From Tricharina praecox (taxonomy: Eukaryota): 64,000 nucleotides of DNA. The stretch covers positions 62,001 to 126,000 of the forward strand of contig NW_026250435.1 of NCBI RefSeq assembly GCF_024521635.1, in the 5' to 3' direction. The first letter of the stretch is position 1; each line of letters begins with the position of its first letter. The translations under genes and the position numbers were made by a program. Shown here in pieces: positions 13,801 through 22,076 of this stretch. The notes beneath the pieces were generated by a model. That model did no database searches, was not told the DNA's origin, and was given only the letters and a program-made list of their open reading frames with translations.

Positions 13801-13908
13801 CTGGAGCATCTCCTTGAGCCACTCCCTGAGGGCCTCAAGTTCTTTCTCTGACAGGGCATAGATAGGACCCCATGGAGGAGTCTCTCCTTCCTTGAGATCG
13901 ATTGCGTG
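10873..13908 (-). CDS. pol: Pol of element B: RT, RNase H, integrase, chromodomain (separated from PR by the solo LTR)
   Basis: [62 protein letters not shown], and chromodomain EYDVDEV..YLVKW. Confidence 0.95.
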   Translation of the reverse strand, partial: HAIDLKEGETPPWGPIYALSEKELEALREWLKEMLQTGKIRRSKSPAGAPILFVPKAHGRGLRLCVDYRGINKITVANRYPLPIMAKLQDRVRGAKVFTKIDLKNGYHLIRIKEGDEWKTAFRCRYGLFEFLVMPFGLTNAPATFQDMINHIFRDMLDLGLVAYIDDLLIYAKTHEEHDKIVIEVLKRLEENKLAISPEKCVWSTRRVEFLGYVISQDGIEMAKDKVESVLSWEAPRSLKEVQAFLGFANFYRRFIKDFSKITRPLTESTKEKGKDWRWTAEMELAFEELKSRFTTAPILGHFNPELPVVVESDASDFALGAVLSQRTEEGKLHPVAFHSRKFTPAEINFEIHDKELLAIVDSFKRWRQYLEGAKHQIQVYSDHQNLEYFTTTKVLNRRQARWAQELAGIDFKIYYGPGSQNGKPDALSRRPEYRPEKGGGEDQPITTILHKSHFAGDDSRVSSISTGGESTVFLVSSTRLQSIPVPKWNEEFLGWVRKAGKEDAGYQEALSSIKDTNGDAAQTDTESEGRKAWELAAESRDSGRMGRKARILRMEEGCLYRKERLWVPDDKELVRHILESEHNTKVAGHMGQDKTIELIRRNFWWPKMDEQIIDFVRSCAQCQKDKATRHQPYGLLNPLELPYTPWQSIAMDFITDLPESNGCDQLWVVVDRFTKMAHFIPLPKDGKIAEDLAKIFAREIWRFHGLPADIVSDRDSRFTSGTWKEFIRLLGIRPRMSTAFQPQTDGQTERLNQTIEAYLRSFVNYEQNDWVNLLPMAELAYNNSVTSATGMSPFYANFGYHPSATNPAAANSLNPASRVYAHWMHTVHEENIKTLERTRERMRKYADQHRQEAPAYQVGDLVMLNGRNIQTRRPSRKLDHKNHGPFQIEKIVSPLAVKLTLPRKWKIHNVFHVSLVEPFRAGTRAPPDPSQILREADDVEGNEEYDVDEVMGSSKKGRRVLYLVKWLTYPERRDWTNEPFDNFSVGGREKLREFHRKNPNAPRDYRLTDE

Positions 13909-14597
13909 TGTGACACCCCGATAGGTATCGGAGGTCACGACGGTCGCAAGAGATGTGATTAGATAGTTCGGGTGATTAGAATAGAGTTGCGAGCCGAAAG
14001 GATAGTTAGAAGCGATCAAGGACAAGATAGGAAGGAGGGAGCAAACGGATTCCAGAGTCTAGACAGTGATCGGAGATGCGGGAGATCGGGATAACAGTCC
14101 AGAGGACTTTGAGATCTCCGATCATAGGGCCCCGCAGTAGGAGCTCCGATCCAGGAAAAACTGTTATGACGAGAGAATCGAACATCGACCGATGGGGGCA
14201 GACAACTTCGAGCGAAGAACTCTGCCGGCGCATGAGGGAGATAATTGCTCGGAAACTCCGATCTATCTTGGGCGCGTGGTGTTCACCACCTGCCTAGTCG
14301 AGAAGACTATCCGAAGAGAGCTGACGACGACTCAAGGCTAGGCCGCGGAACTCCGATGCAAAGGAAGCAACGGAGCTACGTTAGGCCGCACTCTAGAGGA
14401 ATCACGTGCTGAGGATCGGGACGACTATAAGTCGAACCGAGCGGGCAACCGAACAAAACTACAATCATCGCACCGAACAAACCATCGAACAAACACCCTT
14501 AAGATTATTCCGTTGTGAATTATCGAAATCCCTGACTTTTATTCTATCCTCGATTTTACTATAGACTCCGACGACACAAACCCGTCCCAGTCTCACA
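13909..14597 (+). mobile_element. Solo LTR, family B (689 bp), antisense inside pol of element B, TSD GCGTG
   Basis: TGTGACAC..GTCTCACA; GCGTG at 13904-13908 and 14598-14602; removal restores KSYDHAIDLKEGETPPWGPIY. Confidence 0.95.
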
Positions 14598-15376
14598 GCG
14601 TGGTCGTAGGACTTGTGGTCGGGAAGCTTATCGGCTGCTTCCTTGCTCATGATGTTGGCATATCGTCTGAACTTCTCCGGAAGCAGATTCATGGGTGGAT
14701 CTGATTCCGGGCCAGCTGAGACGTATCCAATAATGCGAGCCTCCGAATTGTGAATGACAGACGTGTCAAGTTCCATCGGAAAGCTGGTTGCTTGTTGCAA
14801 GGTGCATTGTTCCTTGCATCGGGTGCTGGTGAAGCGAATTTTCTGTGCTTCATTCTTCCACAACCCTGTCGGTTCATGCTTAGCCATCCACCAATACGGG
14901 AGGTAGGCATCGCAGTCGTCCAAGGGAGCCACTTCGAAGGTTTCGTTGGTGTAGTGGCTCCGGTGTTGAAGGAGCATCGGCATTGTATAATATGCCCCGG
15001 CTCCTTCCACTATGGTTCCGTGGAAGTCCTTGATTTCCACCGGCTTGGGTCGTTGAATGAGGGGCAACCCAAGTTCTCGTGCAAGGCTTCGTTTGATGAT
15101 CGGAATGGCACATCCTGTGTCAAGGAGTACTCGGATCCGTCGTCGCTTGTGCTCAGACCAGAGGAGCATCATTTCTATGATTGGTCGTGGTCCGCTGACA
15201 GGTTTTGGGGGCTCACACCCTGAGGCGCTCGGCGCGGTTGGACTCGTAGAAATAGGTTGGTCCGTTCGTCTTCGCTTATCTCTGGATCCGCTGTCGATAT
15301 CCTGAGGCCGTGGTCTCTTCGTTCCGCAAACATATACACTTGGCCGTCCAGTCTGCGGAGTGCTGGGGCCGCTCAA
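14598..15376 (-). CDS. pol: Aspartic protease part of pol, element B (-1 frame relative to gag)
   Basis: VLLDTGC catalytic motif; frame overlaps the gag stop at G GAT TTT TGA. Confidence 0.9.
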
Positions 15377-17376
15377 AAATCCTCCGGCTCACTCTCATTC
15401 CTTTCCCAGAATGGAGGGGCCTCCGTCATTGCTTCATCCTCCACCACAACCGCCGCAGCCTTGTGTTGCTTGGACCTCGGTCGAGTGGGTTCGGCATCCT
15501 GGGTGTCCCGCTTTCTCTTTGTCACGGATGACACCTTTGGACTCTCGGGGAGTTCGGTACCCGCGACTGTTTTTCTGGCGTAGCATTGGAAGGTTCGGTG
15601 GCCGTCTCGTCCGCAACGCCAACAGTCGCACTTGGATCCTTTGTGGGCATCGATCTCCTTCTGGGGAACCCCTACCAGAGCCTCCTTTGCTCCTGCGTAG
15701 ATGTCCCCTTCCCTTGTCCTTCCCTTCCTGACTCCTGTTGCTTCCTTGGCCTTTCGGCCCTCCGGGGACTCCCCGCTTTCCTTGCGGCCCCCGGGGTCTC
15801 TTCCCTTTCCTTGGCCCTGCTGGCCGTTGCCAGGTCCCTTCCGGTCGCCGCCGGAACCCTGGCTACCCGATCCCCCTTTCCTCATTGCCCTTGCCTTTTT
15901 CAGCGCGTCCCGTCGTTCCACATGGTTGCCAGCCCTGAGCACCGTTTCCAGCAAGTCTTCATCATCTTCGTAGGGTTCGGTGTGCTGGTTGAAGCACATA
16001 TCAACGATGTCGGTAGTCATGGCCTGGTTGACTATGTCTTGTAGCGGTTCGCCGGTGGCGCGAGCGATCATGTTGAGCGATCGGAAGGAGGTCATGTAAG
16101 CCTGAATGTCTTCTTTGTATTCGAGGGCCCACATCCTTCTTAATGCGTTCGCTCCTTCCTGCGTGTCGCGGTACGCCTCCTTGAGTGCCTCTTGGTACGC
16201 CTGCCAGGTATCTTCCAAGTGTAGCTCCCTCAGGCTTTTTCGACGGGCCTGATGCCATTCTGCCGCTGTCCCTTCCAGTCGGGATCCCACCCACGCTATC
16301 TTCTGCTGCTCGTTTGTCTCTGGGTGGAACTCAAGATATTCCTTAACTGAGTCCCACCATGGACGGAAGGCTGTTCTTTGCTTGCCATCGAACGGCTTGG
16401 GCTCTTTCATTTTAAGCTTGATGGCCCTCGGGTTCGATGCGGAGACGGCAGCAGCGATGATCCGAGCGAAGCGACTCTCTTCGTCTTCGTCGTCTTCTCT
16501 TGGTAGCGGAGCGTGTCGGTGACGGGGCGGCGAACGACGCGGCAAGGGGATGGAATCGTCATCATCCGATGGTTCCTCATCCGAGGGATCACCTCCAAGG
16601 TTAGTCACCGGACGTCTTGGGGGTGGAGGAGGAGGGGACATTCCTGCACCTGCCGGAGTTTCCCTTGTTGCTGACCTTTCTGCCCGCGATCCTCCTCTTG
16701 GGGTAGTGTTTACCCACTCCGGGGCCTTTTCCTTCGCCTTCCCTGTCCTTACCTCTACAGCCTTCAATTTTTTCTCTGCTCGAGCGATTTTTTCTTTGAT
16801 TCGCTGTTGCTCCTTGTAGAGGTATTCTGCCTTCTCTTCCTGTTTCCCTGCCCAAATTTCCACGTTGCGGTTGTACACCGCTTGCTCCCTGCGTTGTTCG
16901 ACTTGCGCCGTTTCGAGGAACACGATGGCGTCTTGTAGCCGAGCGTTTGCGACGCTTTGCAACTCGCGGTTGTCTTCGTCTTTCTGGTTACGTTCTCGAA
17001 TGACTGCCCATACGTCGCTGCTCAGGGCGTGCGTCGCGTTCGCTACCGTTGACAGCTCGGTTCGAAGCCATTCTGTATTCATTTCGGCATTGAGAGCGTA
17101 GAGGTTGTACACATACTTGACCCCATCGCAGAGTTGTTCGTAGTTCCTTCTGATTTCCTGCATTCGGGAGTCCTCTTCGTTGAACTTCTGATCGCATGCT
17201 TGGTAAAGCTGGCGCAGGTCTCTTTGTGCCGTTTGGTATTGGTGGTTCATCAGCCTGAGCCAGGCTGCCGGGTTTCGTACTTCGACGGTTTCGGATGCTT
17301 GCGGGATGCTAACGAGCGCATTGCTCAGGGTCTGAGGAAGTTCGAGGCGGAGCATGTCGAGGTTTGAGGAGGACAT
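15373..17376 (-). CDS. gag: Gag of element B (667 aa)
   Basis: EPKPFDGK capsid-like motif, CWRCGRDGHRTFQC zinc knuckle, lies just inside the 5' LTR. Confidence 0.92.
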   Translation of the reverse strand: MSSSNLDMLRLELPQTLSNALVSIPQASETVEVRNPAAWLRLMNHQYQTAQRDLRQLYQACDQKFNEEDSRMQEIRRNYEQLCDGVKYVYNLYALNAEMNTEWLRTELSTVANATHALSSDVWAVIRERNQKDEDNRELQSVANARLQDAIVFLETAQVEQRREQAVYNRNVEIWAGKQEEKAEYLYKEQQRIKEKIARAEKKLKAVEVRTGKAKEKAPEWVNTTPRGGSRAERSATRETPAGAGMSPPPPPPRRPVTNLGGDPSDEEPSDDDDSIPLPRRSPPRHRHAPLPREDDEDEESRFARIIAAAVSASNPRAIKLKMKEPKPFDGKQRTAFRPWWDSVKEYLEFHPETNEQQKIAWVGSRLEGTAAEWHQARRKSLRELHLEDTWQAYQEALKEAYRDTQEGANALRRMWALEYKEDIQAYMTSFRSLNMIARATGEPLQDIVNQAMTTDIVDMCFNQHTEPYEDDEDLLETVLRAGNHVERRDALKKARAMRKGGSGSQGSGGDRKGPGNGQQGQGKGRDPGGRKESGESPEGRKAKEATGVRKGRTREGDIYAGAKEALVGVPQKEIDAHKGSKCDCWRCGRDGHRTFQCYARKTVAGTELPESPKVSSVTKRKRDTQDAEPTRPRSKQHKAAAVVVEDEAMTEAPPFWERNESEPEDF

Positions 17377-18106
17377 TTTCGATAGAAATCGGTGACTGTA
17401 ACCTTAAGATTATAGTGTGAGACTGGGACGGGTTTGTGTCGTCGGAGTCTATAGTAAAATCGAGGATAGAATAAAAGTCAGGGATTTCGATAATTCACAA
17501 CGGAATAATCTTAAGGGTGTTTCTTTGATGGTTTGTTCGGTGCGATGATTGTAGTTTGGTTCGGTTTGCCTGCTCGGTTTGACTTATAGTCGTTCCGATC
17601 CTCAGCACGTGATTCCTCTAGAGTGCGGCCTAACGTAGCTCCGTTGCTTCCTTTGCATCGGAGTTCCGCGGCCTAGCCTCGAGTCGTCGTCAGCTCTCTT
17701 CGGATAGTCTTCTCGACTAGGCAGGTGGTAAACACCACGCGCCCAAGATAGATCGGAGTTTCCGAGCAATTATCTCCCTCATGCGCCGGCAGAGTTCTTC
17801 GCTCGAAGTTGTCTGCCCCCATCGGTCGATGTTCGATTCTCTCGTCATAACAGTTTTTTCCTGGATCGGAGTTCCTACTGCGGGGCCCTATGATCGGAGA
17901 TCTCAAAGTCCTCTGGACTGTTATCCCGATCTCCCGCATCTCCGATCACTGTCTAGACTCTGGAATCCGTTTGCTCCCTCCTTCCTATCTTGTCCTTGAT
18001 CGCTTCTAACTATCCTTTCGGCTCGCAACTCTATTCTAATCACCCGAACTATCTAATCACATCTCTTGCGACCGTCGTGACCTCCGATACCTATCGGGGT
18101 GTCACA

Positions 18107-19128
18107 TCAAGCCATTCCTTCAATGCGACAAGCTCCGTTTTCGAAAGTGAGTACAGTGGTCCGTATGGGGGCGTAAATCCCTCCTTGAGTGGGATCTTAT
18201 GGTCGTAGTGTCGGTGCGGTGGCAAGTTCTGGGCGAGGGCTTCAGAGAACAGCGGTAGGAACTCGTGATATTCGTGAGGGATATGTGCCGTGGGGTCCTT
18301 GTTTCCTTCCAGTGCGCTGTTGACTTCGGCAAGAGTGGTGTTGAAAATCGTAAGGCTTTCCTTGCTGACCAGTTCTTGGAATAACTCCATCCGTAAGGCT
18401 GAGATTCTGACTGTGGTTTCCCTTGAAAGGTTAGTGCATTCTTGGTGATTCATCCTTGGGGGAGACGTAATGCAGCGGGCCACGATGTCGCCGGCGCCCG
18501 CGCTTACCGCTGGCTCTTCCTGAGCTGCTTTTGACGCGAGAGCATAGGTAGATACGTCAGGTGGGTCGGTGGTGATTCCATGTGCAACTGTGGGCACTGC
18601 ATTGCAGTTGGCTGTACAGTATTGGGAGCCAAAGGTGAGGGTTCGGGAGCTGAACCGGATGGCCACATCGTGGAGGTCCATCCAGGGGATTCCGAGTACA
18701 ACCGGGTAGTGGCCTAGTTTGGTGACAAACATAGGGATTTCTTCGTGGTGTTCCTGTATGGACAGGGTGGTGGTGGCAACATGTGTGATGTCGCCTGACT
18801 CGATGGGACGGCCATCGATGACTTCGAGGGTGCGCGGGGATTTCAGGGGTACGAGGGGTAGGTGGTGATGGCGGGCGAAGTCTTTGTCTACAAATGCAAT
18901 TCCGGTTGCCCCACAGTCGATCAGCGCATGCGTGGCAATGGTTTTGTCACCAAACGAAAGGTTACACAATACAACAAGATGTTTTCCTTCCATTGATGAT
19001 TCCTCCACAACCATTCCTGACACTGAGAGACTAGACAAACGAAAAACAGGGGACATAGGAGACAAAGACTTATCCCGGGTACGACCAACAACAGTGCCAT
19101 CAAGCGGTTGTTGGTCTAGGCTTTTCCC
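18107..19128 (-). CDS. pol: Protease and PR-RT linker of A1 (truncated pol, -1 frame)
   Basis: HALIDCGATG, VVLGIPWM; slippery GGGAAAA at 19128-19122. Confidence 0.88.
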
Positions 19129-20312
19129 GACTGCTGGGAGGTCTCGCCGCAATCCTGGTTGCAGTTGTGATAGGTGTGAGCCGGGGTGGTGTTGGTCGGC
19201 TGAGTTGTCTCCAGCCGGGCAACGGCTGCTCGGAACGGATTTCGGTTCTTGTTGGGGCAGTGCCTCGCCATGTGGCCACTTCCTCCACAGTACAGACAGC
19301 GGCCTTCGCGGAGCCGAGCGGCACGCTCTTGATCTGAGATCCTGCGGCTGTTGGCACTCAAGTCCATAGCTCCGGGGGCCGTTCCTGTGGCAGTGGTCGT
19401 CACGGGCATGGTGTTCTGGGTGGTGTGCCTGAGTGGCGCCGTGGGTTGTGGGGCGCTACTCTGCCGAGGGGGGTTGATGGTACGGCGTCCCTCACGAAGT
19501 TGGAGGGCACGCAGCTCGGAGTCGAGGCGTTGGCAGAGGGCCACAAACCCGTCGTAGTTGAGACCCTGAGTACGGCCCACAAGTTGCCGGTGGAGTTCGA
19601 TGGATACTCCTTTTCGCAGTGCGTCAGGTTTCGCATGCTCGTCCCAATTGAGCTTGGAGACGAGCATCTGGAATTCCGCAAAGTAGGAGGTGAACTCCTT
19701 ATTGCCTTGTTTCAGGTGGTGCAGCTTGGCTCGAGCGGTGGCCGCTGGGTCGGGGTCACCAAACGCATTGTTCAGGAGTGTGATTATCGCATCAGCATCA
19801 GTGAGGGTGATGTTGTGATTCTCGATGTATGGCAGGATCTGGGCTTGGGGGCGGCCTTCCAAGCGGTTGAAGGCGTAGGCCATTCGGAGTGCTGGAGTGG
19901 GGAAACGGGCTGGGTCGCTGTATAGCTTGAGTCGAAGTTGCGCAACGAACCCTTCGAGTTTGTCGCGTGTTCCGTCGAACATGGCGGGCTCTGGGACACA
20001 CTCAGCGCGGCTTTGAGGGTGGGCTTCGACGGTGGCGAGGCGGTTGGCGATCCGGCGGGCATCGGCAAGTTGTTCTTCGAGGTCGTCGAATCGCCAGGTT
20101 GGTATCGCTGTCGGGGACAGGGTGATTGCGCGGGCAAGGATTCTGAATTCGTTGTACAACCCCATCAGGGTTGCATCGTCGGCGGGTGCATCGTGATTCA
20201 CGATGATTTCGAGTTGTTCGTAGATGGCGGCGGGAATTTCTCGGTAGAAGGGGGGAGCCACCGGTACTTCGTCCTGCTGGGGGACGTCGAGTACCTGAGT
20301 GTTAGTGGCCAT
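19116..20312 (-). CDS. gag: Gag of A1 (398 aa)
   Basis: PAMFDGTR, HLKQG, PGAMDL, CLYCGGSGHMARHC zinc knuckle. Confidence 0.92.
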   Translation of the reverse strand: MATNTQVLDVPQQDEVPVAPPFYREIPAAIYEQLEIIVNHDAPADDATLMGLYNEFRILARAITLSPTAIPTWRFDDLEEQLADARRIANRLATVEAHPQSRAECVPEPAMFDGTRDKLEGFVAQLRLKLYSDPARFPTPALRMAYAFNRLEGRPQAQILPYIENHNITLTDADAIITLLNNAFGDPDPAATARAKLHHLKQGNKEFTSYFAEFQMLVSKLNWDEHAKPDALRKGVSIELHRQLVGRTQGLNYDGFVALCQRLDSELRALQLREGRRTINPPRQSSAPQPTAPLRHTTQNTMPVTTTATGTAPGAMDLSANSRRISDQERAARLREGRCLYCGGSGHMARHCPNKNRNPFRAAVARLETTQPTNTTPAHTYHNCNQDCGETSQQSGKA

Positions 20313-21667
20313 GGTAGTCCGCTAGGTGGAGAGATGGGGGACGCAACAAAGTGTAACGGCACGGTCGGGCAAGGCTCCAGGTAGCGAAGTCGGGCTGGGG
20401 ATCGAGTTCTGGGTTCGGTAGGGGCAAGACGGGTACAGGAGACAAGGTGAGGCAGGGCTCAGTGCAGACGGCAACTGAGAACAGAGGCAGGGACAAGGAC
20501 TACGGCGCAGACGGCAGCCGAGGCAAGGACAGAGGTAACAGTGATTGAATTAACAAGTTGTTGCGTGAAGAACTAAATACAGAGGGGCAACGGCCCGTTT
20601 ATATAGAAAATCCTCCACTTCTTCCCGCAACCTGACAATGACCGTGGGCGTGTGCCAGACCCTGAGAAATCCACCTTGCCAGTACCCCACTTCCGTGACT
20701 CACACCCTGCGCAGCCGCACTACCCCTGCTTCCTGCACACAGCCCCAATATCCTGCGACTCATTACTGCGCTATCCCTGCTCCCTGCACACAGCCCCAAA
20801 TCCTCTGCGACTCATCCTTGCACTGCCGGTGCACTGCCTCTGCACTGCCCCCCAATTCTCCCGATCCTTGTGCCGACCCTCCCTTCGTCATTCCGTCGTG
20901 AGCCGTGACACCGCGAATATCCAGGGTGGTGAAGTATTTTGCCCCGGATATCCGCATCAGAGTTTCTTGGAGAAGTGGGAGTGGGTACCTGTTCTCGATT
21001 GTTCCTTCGTTCAGGCCCCTGTAATCCACACACAGGCGTAGGGAGCCATCCGATTTCTTGACAAACAGGATTGGCGATGCTGCTGGAGAGGAAGAGGCAC
21101 GGATGAAACCTTTGCTGAGGTTTTCGTCAAGCCATTCCTTCAGTGCAACAAGCTCCGTTTTCGAAAGTGAGTACAGTGGTCCGTATGGGGGCGTAAATCC
21201 CTCCTTGAGTGGAATATTATGGCCGTAGTGTCGGTGCGGGGGCAAGTTCTGAGCAAGGGCTTCAGAGAACAGCGGTAGGAATCCGTGGTATCCGTGAGGG
21301 ATATGTGCCGTGGGGTCCTTGTTTCCTTCCAGTGCGCTGTTGACCTCGGCAAGCGTGGTGTTGAAAATCATGAGGCTTTCCTTGTTGACCAGTTCTTGGA
21401 AAGACTCCATCTGTAAGGCTGAAATTCTGACTGTGCTTTCCCTTGAAAGGTTAGTGCATTCTTGGTGATTCTTCCTTGGGGGAGACGTAATGTAGCGGGC
21501 CACGATGTCGCCGGCGCCCGCGCTTACCGCTGGCTCTTGCTGAGCTGCTTTTGACGCGAGAGCATAGGTAGATACGTCAGGTGGGTCGGTGGTGATTCCA
21601 TGTGCAACTGTGGGTACCGCATTGCAGTTGGCTGTGCAGTATTGGGAGCTGAAGGTGAGGGTCTGGG

Positions 21668-22076
21668 TGTAATAAAGTACACTGGGAAAGTACTATACCA
21701 CTCGACCAAAAGGTATTTTGATGGCTGATGGCCATCATCCCAGTAGCTACTTAAGGCTAGGATTTCTGAACTGTGACAGTATCCCCTCTTTAGGGGCTTA
21801 CTCCAGGAAGCCTTCAAGTAGTTAACCCCCAATGAGTGATAATTCATGATAAGAATCATGAACCGTCACTCACTGTAAGCCATGCAATTCCTGAACAACA
21901 CTGCAGCAGAGGAATGTAACTGTTCGCAGTGGGAATTGAACTCATGACCTTTGCAGTCATCAAACTGTAATAAAGTACACTGGGAAAGTACTATACCACT
22001 CGACCAAAAGGTATTTTGATGGCTGATGGCCATCATCCCAGTAGCTACTTAAGGCCAGGAGTTCTGAACTGTGACA
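21668..22076 (-). mobile_element. TRIM / miniature LTR retroelement (family D), 409 bp: 111-bp LTRs 21668-21778 and 21966-22076, 187-bp non-coding interior, TSD CTGGG
   Basis: LTRs differ at 2 positions, TG..CA ends; CTGGG at 21663-21667 and 22077-22081; empty site visible in A1 near 18645; PPT AAAGAGGGGATAC at 21791-21779. Confidence 0.95.

Larger units (their letters stand above)
10040..18106 (-). mobile_element. Near full-length Ty3/Gypsy chromovirus (family B) with 691-bp LTRs at 10040-10730 (3') and 17416-18106 (5')
   Basis: Direct-repeat LTRs with TG..CA ends; PPT GGGAGGGGAGATGG at 10731-10744; gag-PR-RT-RH-IN-chromodomain order. Flanks do not form a TSD. Confidence 0.95.
18107..20910 (-). 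mobile_element. Family A element copy A1: 5' LTR 20352-20910, gag, PR, truncated at the start of RT by the B LTR
   Basis: 559-bp LTR; gag ORF; ALIDCGAT protease; itself sits in the RT of copy A2 at LDIRG. Confidence 0.93.

Noticed and set aside
13909..14025. N-terminal 39 aa (MSLIASNY..GVT) of the 1050-aa pol ORF
   Set aside because: Antisense read-through of the inserted solo LTR, starting at TTG; the same peptide appears at every LTR-B copy
21921..22013. A complete tRNA gene inside the TRIM
   Set aside because: A and B boxes are present, but the 7 nt before the A box (TACCTTT) cannot pair with TGCGAAC and no clean anticodon arm is visible; promoter-like remnant only
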